Shown here: one piece after another, positions 18,761-27,137 of the stretch | Layout: every line of letters begins with the position of its first letter | Numbering within the stretch: the first letter of the stretch is position 1 | Source of the DNA: a virus | Direction: 5' to 3' (one strand) | Length of the DNA: 64,000 bases | Virus record (IMG/VR): IMGVR_UViG_3300032213_003144 | Coordinates: 32,001-96,000 of that record | Translations under genes and position numbers: made by a program | Notes under the pieces: model-generated | What the model saw: the letters and a program-made list of their open reading frames with translations, nothing else | Told to the model about the DNA's origin: nothing | The model's database searches: none

Positions 18761-21757
18761 ATGACGAAATTCATAGGCACCCCGTTACGCGGGATAGAGT
18801 TTGCTAACCCAGGTGATGAAGCAATCTCGTCGCGCGTTAGTGGAGATACTCAGCCAAGGCTTCGCATTGATGCAGGCGGAAGAATAACTTGGTCTGATGG
18901 AACAAACTCTGGGGATACGGTACTTTTTCGTTCTAGTGCAAACGCGCTAACTACATACGACTCACTTACCGCCAGCGCAGGATTAATAACACTTACTACT
19001 AATGGCATACCTAGCCAGTCGCTACCCAACGGTGCGATAGCAATCGACACGACTAATCATGTATTTTATTTCCGTTCCAATAATGAATGGTTAGAAGTAA
19101 GCGGTGGGGCGACTGTAACAGTTGATGACTCTCCTCCATTGGCACCAGAGATAGGTGACCTTTGGTATAGCTCGCTAGAGCTTGAGTTATTTATTTACTA
19201 TTCGAATGCTTGGATTCAGTTAACAGATGCACAGGGCGGAGTACAAGAACTCTATGAACTTTCAGATGTTTTAATTGATAACCCAGTTTATGGTCAATCA
19301 CTCATGTACAACGGAACAGAGTGGGAAAATGATTTCATCACAGTGGCTCAGTCATTGGCTACAGCTCGAGCAATATCCCTAAGCGGGGATATGTCTGGTT
19401 CTGCAGCATTTGATGGTTCGCAAAATATATCGATATCTGCAACAATTCAGCCAAACTCAGTTGCACTTGGAACGGACACAACTGGAAGTTACGTCCAATC
19501 TTTAGTAGCCGGAACTGGAGTTACTCTTTCAAATAATTCCGGTGAGTCAGCAACGCCAACAATTGCGATAGGACAAGCTGTTGGGACTAGTGCTTCTGTT
19601 TCTTTTGCACATGTTGCAACAGACTCGCTGAATGTCGTCAACAATGTTATTGGCACTGGAAATATAACCCTTTCACCGAATGTGAGCTCCTATGTAATTG
19701 GTGATACTGGCCCAGCTGGCGGAAAAATATTTATAACACCATCCACATCTGGCAATACGACTGGAAAATACTTTGAAGCTGCCCCAGTTGCTGCTCAAGT
19801 ATTAAGAAAGTGGGCGACAGACACAGACCCAGGAATCGGCCTCGGCAACGCAGCGACTACAGTATCTGGTGCTGACGGAATAGTTATTGGAACTGGTCAA
19901 CAGAACACTGCAGACATTGTTGCCCAAACAGGTAACGTGGCTGCAACTTCTGCCGCTGTCTATTGTGATGAATACACCTACGGAGGTTTTTCAGATTGGT
20001 TCTTGCCATCGAAGGATGAATTGAATGAACTATATCTCAACCAAGTTGTTATTGGTGGATTTATATCCTCGTACTACTCCAGTTCGTCCGAAGTTTCTAA
20101 TGAAGCTTTTTGGTTTCAAAGCTTCATTGATGGAAACCCAAACACTCCATACAAAAATAACGCGTACTACATACGTCCTGTTCGGTCGTTTGTTGCACCA
20201 GCTCCAGCCGGAATAATCACTGGAAACCTGACTGGTAACGTAACCGGCAATGTAACTGGAAACTCATCCACTGCGACAACACTTCAAACAGCACGAACAA
20301 TTTCTCTTTCTGGTGATGTTTCTGGTTCTGTTTCGTTTAACGGTTCCGCAAATGCAACTATTTCTACAGCAATTCAGCCAAACAGCGTCGCACTTGGTAC
20401 AGACACCACTGGCAACTACATGTCGGCCCTTACTCAGGGCACCGGTGTAACAATTACACACACCCCCAGTGAAGGCTCTAACGCAACAATTGCAATTGGA
20501 CAAGCAGTAGGAACAAGCGCATCTGTAACGTTTGCAAATGTAACAGTAACCGGAGACCTAATTGTTTCTGGCACAACAACTTCAATAAATACTGAAACAC
20601 TTACCGTTGATGACAATATCATCGTTCTCAATAACAATGCCACCGGCGCGCCTAGTCAAAACTCCGGGATTGAAGTCGAGCGCGGCTCATCAGCGAATGT
20701 TGCGCTTCGCTGGAACGAGACCTCAGATAAATGGGAATTGACAAACGACGGGTCATCCTATGCAGATATAGCCACAGAAACATATGCGGCATCTCTGACT
20801 CCAGCAACCCTTAATGATATTGGCGACGTAACAATTACATCTGCTTCTTCGGGTCAGTTCCTGAAGTGGGATAGCACGGCATGGGTTAATGATGCTATTG
20901 ATTTAGGCACAGATACAACTGGCAACTACATGTCGGACCTGACCCAAGGAACTGGTGTGACAATCACCCATACACCAGGCGAAGGTTCAAATGCAACCAT
21001 TGCTATCGGTCAGGCCGTAGGAACTTCTTCTTCAGTTCAGTTTGCCGCAGTCACTGCACCGGTAATTGGAAACGCATCAACGGCTACCACTCTTCAAACA
21101 GCTCGCACGATAACGCTTGGCGGTGACCTTGGTGGTTCGGTATCGTTCAATGGTTCTTCTGATGTGACGCTTACAGCAACTGTTGCGGCTAATTCAGTTG
21201 CTCTTGGTACAGATACGACCGGTAACTACATGTCGGACCTGACACAGGGAACTGGCGTAACAATAACCCACACTCCAGGTGAAGGTTCAAATGCGACCAT
21301 CGCAATTGGTCAAGCGGTCGGGACAAGTGCATCTGTAACTTTTGCAAACGTAACCGCAACTGGAAATGTTGCAATTTCTGGAAGAATAGACAAAACAACC
21401 GTAAGAGAATCTGTTGCAGATGTATCCGTTTCTGCAAGCGTTGTTACGGCAGACTATTCAACTGGTGATATTTTCTATGTTGGAACTGCTCCCGCAAGCA
21501 ACTTCACGGTGAATCTTACAAATGCCCCAACTGATAATGGCAAAGCAATTACCGTTGTAATTTTTGTTACACAAGGAGCGACTGGGTATATTCCGAACGT
21601 AGTCCAAGTAGCTGGTTCTGCGCAAACAATCAAATGGGCAAACGGCGCTGCACCAACACCAACATCATCTGCTGGGAAAATAGATATATTCTCGTTTACG
21701 TTTGTTCGTCGAAGTTCTGCATGGACTGTATTCGGAAGCTCAAACCTAGGTTACTAG
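18761..21757 (+). CDS. Long tail fibre protein with internal repeats and an inserted DUF1566/Lcl-like domain
   Basis: Repeated ALGTDTTGNY...QGTGVT...IAIGQAVGTS modules; GIEVERG...WNET; DWFLPSKDELNELY...RPVRSF. Confidence 0.85.
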   Translation: MTKFIGTPLRGIEFANPGDEAISSRVSGDTQPRLRIDAGGRITWSDGTNSGDTVLFRSSANALTTYDSLTASAGLITLTTNGIPSQSLPNGAIAIDTTNHVFYFRSNNEWLEVSGGATVTVDDSPPLAPEIGDLWYSSLELELFIYYSNAWIQLTDAQGGVQELYELSDVLIDNPVYGQSLMYNGTEWENDFITVAQSLATARAISLSGDMSGSAAFDGSQNISISATIQPNSVALGTDTTGSYVQSLVAGTGVTLSNNSGESATPTIAIGQAVGTSASVSFAHVATDSLNVVNNVIGTGNITLSPNVSSYVIGDTGPAGGKIFITPSTSGNTTGKYFEAAPVAAQVLRKWATDTDPGIGLGNAATTVSGADGIVIGTGQQNTADIVAQTGNVAATSAAVYCDEYTYGGFSDWFLPSKDELNELYLNQVVIGGFISSYYSSSSEVSNEAFWFQSFIDGNPNTPYKNNAYYIRPVRSFVAPAPAGIITGNLTGNVTGNVTGNSSTATTLQTARTISLSGDVSGSVSFNGSANATISTAIQPNSVALGTDTTGNYMSALTQGTGVTITHTPSEGSNATIAIGQAVGTSASVTFANVTVTGDLIVSGTTTSINTETLTVDDNIIVLNNNATGAPSQNSGIEVERGSSANVALRWNETSDKWELTNDGSSYADIATETYAASLTPATLNDIGDVTITSASSGQFLKWDSTAWVNDAIDLGTDTTGNYMSDLTQGTGVTITHTPGEGSNATIAIGQAVGTSSSVQFAAVTAPVIGNASTATTLQTARTITLGGDLGGSVSFNGSSDVTLTATVAANSVALGTDTTGNYMSDLTQGTGVTITHTPGEGSNATIAIGQAVGTSASVTFANVTATGNVAISGRIDKTTVRESVADVSVSASVVTADYSTGDIFYVGTAPASNFTVNLTNAPTDNGKAITVVIFVTQGATGYIPNVVQVAGSAQTIKWANGAAPTPTSSAGKIDIFSFTFVRRSSAWTVFGSSNLGY
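19360..21360 (+). repeat. Four copies of a ~50-85 aa tail-fibre shaft module, with related copies in 23927..26815
   Basis: (TARTISLSGD...NSV)ALGTDTTG(N/S)Y...GTGVT...(S/G)E...TIAIGQAVGTS near 19460, 20390, 20900 and 21200; amino acids conserved, third codon positions diverged. Confidence 0.9.
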
Positions 21758-21758
21758 G

Positions 21759-22838
21759 ATGCCTTTCATATCATCAATTTCAGCGAGGCAATCTGGATTG
21801 CTGTTTGCAAACGCAGCAAAATTGATTGCTCCATTATTTGGCTCTTCAACGGGGACTTCGGGCGGTTTCACTTTTTCAATTTCAAACTACGATGCTTCTC
21901 TGACATATTCATTCTCGGCCACCAATAGCGGTAGCGCTACCCAGTCTGCCGGTTTAGTAACTGTCACTGGACTCGGTAGTGCTATTACTTCTACTGTCAC
22001 TGTGACGGTAAACAAAAATGGTTGGCTTACGAATTCCTCAAGCACAACTGGAACTGCTCTTACTCAATACACGACTGAGTTTACATTGCTCGGTGGAGGT
22101 GGTTCTGAAGCCGGTGGTGCTGGCGCAATGGCTAATGGGTCATATAGATTCTATGGAGGGAACTCCTATACCGTTACTGTTGGTGCTGGCGGAACGGGGA
22201 ACGGAAAAGGCAACCAATCTGTTCTTGGAGTACTTGAAGCTGCTCCTGGTGGTGGGCGAGACCAAACTGGCGGCGGCTCTTCGCAGGGAGGAAATACTGC
22301 ATTTAACGAAAACACCATAAGTGGTGGTGACATTGTCGGAACAGTTGTATTCTACTCTAACGCAGGCGGAGCGTATGGCTCAGGTGCTGACTACAACGTT
22401 GGTCATAATGGAATCGGCGGTGGCGGAGGAGCAGGGGGAAATGGTAGCGCTGGTTATGAGGAACAGGGAGGAAACGGCGGAGCTGGTAGAGCAGACATTC
22501 TTGGTACATTAAGAGGCGGAGGAGGTGGAGGTCACTCGCACCTAAACGGTGGAGGCACATCCAAGCCTTCAGGTGGGAGCGGCGGCGGCGGAGCTGGAAC
22601 AAATTACAACTTTGGTTGTGACACATCTAGTGCTGGAGCAGCTAACTACGGAGCAGGCGGTGGTTCAAACTGGGGCGAATGCGGTGGTTCGAATGCTGGT
22701 GGCTCAGGAATCGTTATAATTAGGTATACAGGACCCACCTTGGCATCAATAAGTGCTGGATTGGTCTATTCGCTTTCGTCTTCGGGAAGCATTAGGACAT
22801 ACACATTTACAGGCGGAACAGGAACGATTACTTTCTAA
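21759..22838 (+). CDS. Glycine-rich tail-tip / receptor-binding protein
   Basis: Many GGGG motifs; YTVTVGAGG and terminal GGSGIVIIRY. Confidence 0.8.
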   Translation: MPFISSISARQSGLLFANAAKLIAPLFGSSTGTSGGFTFSISNYDASLTYSFSATNSGSATQSAGLVTVTGLGSAITSTVTVTVNKNGWLTNSSSTTGTALTQYTTEFTLLGGGGSEAGGAGAMANGSYRFYGGNSYTVTVGAGGTGNGKGNQSVLGVLEAAPGGGRDQTGGGSSQGGNTAFNENTISGGDIVGTVVFYSNAGGAYGSGADYNVGHNGIGGGGGAGGNGSAGYEEQGGNGGAGRADILGTLRGGGGGGHSHLNGGGTSKPSGGSGGGGAGTNYNFGCDTSSAGAANYGAGGGSNWGECGGSNAGGSGIVIIRYTGPTLASISAGLVYSLSSSGSIRTYTFTGGTGTITF

Positions 22839-23182
22839 TGGCACATTACGCATTCTTGGATGAAAACAACATTGTCACCGAAGTAATTGTCGGTCGCAAC
22901 GAAGACGAAGTAGTTGACGGAATCTCCGACTGGGAGGAGTACTACGGTTCTCTGCGTGGTCAGAGATGTTTAAGGACTTCTTACAACCACAATATAAGGA
23001 AACAGTTTGCGGGTATTGGCTTTAGTTACAACGAAGAAAGAGACATCTTTATCGCCAACCAGCCATATCCTTCGTGGGTTTTAGATGAAGATTTTGACTG
23101 GGTCCCACCAATCCCGTATCCGTCAAGTGATAGGGGATGTGCTCACTGGAATGAAGAAATAGGTAACTGGGACATTTATTAA
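22838..23182 (+). CDS. Conserved phage protein that follows Gly-rich tail proteins (possible chaperone)
   Basis: MAHYAFLDENNIVTEVIV...TSYN-x-x-IRK-x-FAGIG-x-x-Y...PYPSW-x-L...W-x-PP-x-PYP. Confidence 0.7.
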   Translation: MAHYAFLDENNIVTEVIVGRNEDEVVDGISDWEEYYGSLRGQRCLRTSYNHNIRKQFAGIGFSYNEERDIFIANQPYPSWVLDEDFDWVPPIPYPSSDRGCAHWNEEIGNWDIY

Positions 23183-23220
23183 ATTATAGTAAGTTTAGAC
23201 CAAGACAATAAAGGAGTAAA

Positions 23221-23439
23221 ATGAGCATTTCAACACCAAAGGACCTTACTGGAAATCCAACTTTTATTTATGTAGTCGATGGAGAAGTTGTAGAGATACA
23301 GGTGCTTGAGCCGATACCTTTCAATGAAAGAAGAATTTCCTACCTATCATCGGACCCAAAAATATATGTTCTACCTGGTGGCTACCCAGCCAACCCAAAT
23401 GCACTTCCAAAACCTGGTTCCGCTTACGCCCCAGAATAA
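23221..23439 (+). CDS. Small protein, paralog of 51524..51754
   Basis: FIYVVDGEV...LSSDPKIYVL; AAGGAG RBS. Confidence 0.7.
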   Translation: MSISTPKDLTGNPTFIYVVDGEVVEIQVLEPIPFNERRISYLSSDPKIYVLPGGYPANPNALPKPGSAYAPE

Positions 23440-23482
23440 AAATTTTGAAGATAATGTATAAAAGATTGAAAGTAAGTCGACC

Positions 23483-23725
23483 ATGACCATTAAGACCTGG
23501 AACTATGACGACGACCTGATTCAGCTTATTTCGGAGAAATATCACATCAGCGGCAAATCAGGTGCACAAGCAATGATTGATGCTTGGACGGATATTCGAG
23601 ACGGAAAGCTGATTGAGATATGTATGGAACTCAATATTCCAGAACCACTTGGTTTGATTCACGGATTGAACACCTTTTCGAAAAAGCTGATGGAAAACGA
23701 GAGACTAGAGACAATTAAAGACTAA
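23483..23725 (+). CDS. Hypothetical protein
   Basis: ORF track. Confidence 0.55.
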   Translation: MTIKTWNYDDDLIQLISEKYHISGKSGAQAMIDAWTDIRDGKLIEICMELNIPEPLGLIHGLNTFSKKLMENERLETIKD

Positions 23726-23744
23726 AATATGCGATAATAAGCAC

Positions 23745-23927
23745 ATGCCAATTGCGTTTCCTGCTTCCCCGTCAACGAATGATGAGTTTTCTATCGCTGG
23801 GAAATCCTGGAGCTGGAATGGGTTCCGATGGCAGAGGTTTAAGTCTGCGATAATTGACGGCGGGTTTGCCAATATTGAAATAAGTCTAGGCAACAATGCA
23901 GAGGTCGCTGATGGAGGTGGTGCTTAA
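23745..23927 (+). CDS. Small structural protein
   Basis: FPASP-x-x-ND...GKSWSWNG-x-x-W motif shared with the N-terminus of 29896..30672; DGG motifs. Confidence 0.65.
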   Translation: MPIAFPASPSTNDEFSIAGKSWSWNGFRWQRFKSAIIDGGFANIEISLGNNAEVADGGGA

Positions 23928-26815
23928 TGGCTTATAAGAAGATTCTATTTCGCCGAGACACGGCTGCCGCATGGACATCAGCAAACCCAATTCTTTCTGC
24001 GGGAGAAATAGGACTTGAGTCAGACACCGGGAAAATAAAGCTTGGCAACGGTTCTACGGCCTGGAACTCGCTTACTTATTTCTACGGCTCACTACAGAAT
24101 GCAAACTATGTCCAGTCCTTGGTGGCTGGCACTGGTTTGACAATAACCGGCAACTCTGGTTCTGCGGCCACCCCAACAATCTCGCTTCCTCAATCCGTGG
24201 CTACATCGGCTTCGCCAACCTTTGCTCAAGTTTTGGTTTCAAATCTCCCAAGCGCTGATTCACATGTAGCGACAAAAGCCTACGTAGATGGAATTGCCTC
24301 TTCAATAAACTGGCACGATTTTGTCGTATACGCAACGGCAGCAATTCTTCCTGGTAGTCCAACTTACAGTAATGGCACAAGCGGTGTTGGCGCAACGCTA
24401 ACTGCTACATCAAATGCGCGTCTAATAGTAGATGGACAGAATGCATCTACAGGAAATAGAATCCTTGTCAAAACCCAAGCCGACGCTAAACAAAACGGCA
24501 TCTACGCTGTCACCGCTCAGGGAAGTGTTTCAACTCCATATGTTCTCACAAGAGCTACCGATTTTGACTCTGGTTCAGCCTATGGAAACATAAATGCTGG
24601 CGATGCAATGTATGTTGGTTTTGGTAGCACAAACCAAAGCCAAGCTTTTTTGGTTACAAGTTTTGGAACAGGAACCAACCGAGCCCACATTATTGGTACT
24701 GACGATATTACGTTTACTCAATTTTCCGGTACTGCGACAGTTACTGCCGGCACCGGAATTACAAAAACAGGAAACACTCTTTCGATTGGGCAAAATGTTG
24801 CAACCAGTGCAAGCGTTTCATTTGCTGCGGTAAATGCATATTTAAACGGTGTAGCCGCTAAAGCAGCAGTTCTTGAAACGGCAAGAATGATTGGTGGTCA
24901 GTCATTTGATGGTTCGGCCAATATAGCTATTGGTACATCAGACATAACCGGATTAACCGTAACTGCATCTGAATTAAATAAATTATTCAACGTTGCCACA
25001 ACATCGGCACAGCTTGACTATTTAAACACGGCAAGCGCAAACGTTCAGGTTCAATTAAACGACAAAGCGCCACTATATAATCCAATTTTTACCAATAACA
25101 TCACAGCAACCGGTCAGGGTTACTTCAATCTTGTAGGCAACGTGACTGGAAATGTTTTTGGAAATCTGAGCGGCAATGTAACCGGAAGCGTAGATGGAAG
25201 CACGTCAGGGACACATACTGGCCCTGTTGTAGGAAACGTAACTGGAAACATAACTGGAAGTTCTGGAACCGTCACATCAATTGGGACACACGCAATTGGT
25301 GAACTGTCCAATGTTTCTGCTTCGGTAGCAAGTACTGGGGAGTTCTTGAAGTGGGATGGATTTGAGTGGGTACCAGCTGACCTTATTACTGGTTCAAAGG
25401 CTTCAGGAAAATTCATTAAATGGAATGGCTCTAACTGGGTAGCTGACGTAATTGACCTCAATGCCGATACGGACGGAAACTTTGTAGCTTCCATAAATGC
25501 TGGTACTGGCGTAAGTCTTACAAACGGAACAGCTGCCGAATCCGGGAACCCGACAATAAATATTGGCCAAGCAATTGGTACAACTGATTCTCCATCATTT
25601 GCAAACCTAAGTCTTGGAAATGCACAGGTCAATGCAACAGGTCTTGCCTACAGCAGCGGAACAGGTCTTGCAACCGTGACCGCAGTTGGTCATGGTTTGG
25701 CTGTTGGTGCAAGAATCACAGTTACTGGTGCAACCCAAACTGACTACAACGGAACATTCTCTATATATTCTGTTCCAAACTCTTCAACATTCACATATCA
25801 ACCACTTGTTGGTCCTGGTGCGGCAATTGCATCTGGCTCATACTTGGTTTATGTTGGCGGAGCAATAACACTTGAAGGCTCAACAGACGACGCTTTTGAG
25901 ACAACAATAGTCGCAGTAAACCCAACCGCTGACAGAATAATTTCCCTTCCAAATGCCACAACTCAATTGGTTGGAACAGATACAACCGACACGCTGACAA
26001 ACAAAACTCTCACAAGTCCAACCATTACGGGTATATCTCCAGTAATCACACTTGCTGGAGATTTGAGTGGTTCGGCAACATTGACTAATCTTGGAAACGC
26101 AACACTAACCGCCACAATTGCCGCAGACTCTGTTGCTCTTGGAACCGACACGACTGGTAGTTATGTAGCCAACCTTGTAGAGGGTACTGGTGTAACCATT
26201 ACAGCCAACTCAGGGGAGGGTGCAACCCCAACCATTGCAATTGGGCAGGCAGTCGGAACCTCTTCCTCTGTAAGTTTTAATACAATTACAGTGGCAAACT
26301 TGGTCGTCACCGGAAGTCAGACCTCAACAAGTCAGGCAAACTTGAACGTTGCCGACAGCATAATTACTCTTAACTCAAATGTAACTGGGTCTCCAACACT
26401 TAACGCTGGAGTGGTTGTTGAGCGTGGAACATCTGCAAATGTTGATATTCGATGGAATGAATCTTTGGATAGATGGGAAGCCACAAACGACGGCTCAACC
26501 TATGGAGTAATTGGTCAAGGCGCCAAGATGACCATAAGCGACACCCCTCCTTCTAGTCCTGTTAATGGTGACTTCTGGTTTGAGTCCGACTCAGCAATCA
26601 CTTTTGTTTACTACGATTCCTACTGGATTGAAATTGGTGCATCGGGAATTGGAGCAATAATTAGCTCCACTTCGCCATCAAACCCAGCAAACGGCCAGAT
26701 TTGGTTCAGAAATACAACCAGCGAAACGTTTGTTTATTATGACGGAAACTGGGTTAATGTGGGCGGAAGTAGCTCTGGCAGCAATGAAATTGCGTCTATC
26801 ATGGGAGCGTATTAA
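23927..26815 (+). CDS. Tail fibre protein with Mtd-N / hyaluronidase-N-like N-terminal domain
   Basis: RRDTAAAWTSANPIL-x-x-GEIGLESDT-x-KIKLG-x-G-x-TAWNSL-x-Y; shaft repeats; two C-terminal P-x-x-G(D/Q)-x-WF repeats. Confidence 0.85.
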   Translation: MAYKKILFRRDTAAAWTSANPILSAGEIGLESDTGKIKLGNGSTAWNSLTYFYGSLQNANYVQSLVAGTGLTITGNSGSAATPTISLPQSVATSASPTFAQVLVSNLPSADSHVATKAYVDGIASSINWHDFVVYATAAILPGSPTYSNGTSGVGATLTATSNARLIVDGQNASTGNRILVKTQADAKQNGIYAVTAQGSVSTPYVLTRATDFDSGSAYGNINAGDAMYVGFGSTNQSQAFLVTSFGTGTNRAHIIGTDDITFTQFSGTATVTAGTGITKTGNTLSIGQNVATSASVSFAAVNAYLNGVAAKAAVLETARMIGGQSFDGSANIAIGTSDITGLTVTASELNKLFNVATTSAQLDYLNTASANVQVQLNDKAPLYNPIFTNNITATGQGYFNLVGNVTGNVFGNLSGNVTGSVDGSTSGTHTGPVVGNVTGNITGSSGTVTSIGTHAIGELSNVSASVASTGEFLKWDGFEWVPADLITGSKASGKFIKWNGSNWVADVIDLNADTDGNFVASINAGTGVSLTNGTAAESGNPTINIGQAIGTTDSPSFANLSLGNAQVNATGLAYSSGTGLATVTAVGHGLAVGARITVTGATQTDYNGTFSIYSVPNSSTFTYQPLVGPGAAIASGSYLVYVGGAITLEGSTDDAFETTIVAVNPTADRIISLPNATTQLVGTDTTDTLTNKTLTSPTITGISPVITLAGDLSGSATLTNLGNATLTATIAADSVALGTDTTGSYVANLVEGTGVTITANSGEGATPTIAIGQAVGTSSSVSFNTITVANLVVTGSQTSTSQANLNVADSIITLNSNVTGSPTLNAGVVVERGTSANVDIRWNESLDRWEATNDGSTYGVIGQGAKMTISDTPPSSPVNGDFWFESDSAITFVYYDSYWIEIGASGIGAIISSTSPSNPANGQIWFRNTTSETFVYYDGNWVNVGGSSSGSNEIASIMGAY

Positions 26816-26831
26816 ATGACTGGAGTAATCA

Positions 26832-27137
26832 ATGGCTAATACAGCTAAAACACTTTTTAGGGGGGCGGCAACGACCAATACGGGTACAACCCTGTATACG
26901 GTTCCAGCCCTAACAACAGCTGTTGTCACCAACGTAATAGTCACCAACACATCGTCGACCGATGGTACGTTTACCCTTGCCCTAAACGGTACCGCACTTA
27001 CATCAACCCTAACCATTACTGGCAAGGGTATTTTTACTCTCGATTTGCGCCAAGTTCTTACAGCAACACAAACAATTACTGGTGGGGCGAATGCCACAAG
27101 TATTAACTTCCACATTGCTGGAATGGAGATTGTATAA
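26832..27137 (+). CDS. Small structural beta protein
   Basis: TTLYTVPA-x-TTAVV-x-N-x-x-VTN...HIAG-x-EI. Confidence 0.7.
   Translation: MANTAKTLFRGAATTNTGTTLYTVPALTTAVVTNVIVTNTSSTDGTFTLALNGTALTSTLTITGKGIFTLDLRQVLTATQTITGGANATSINFHIAGMEIV

Noticed and set aside
19360-21360. Tail-fibre repeats as a DGR template/variable repeat pair or invertible cassette
   Set aside because: Differences are synonymous and not adenine-specific; repeats are direct and in frame; no RT or recombinase in the window
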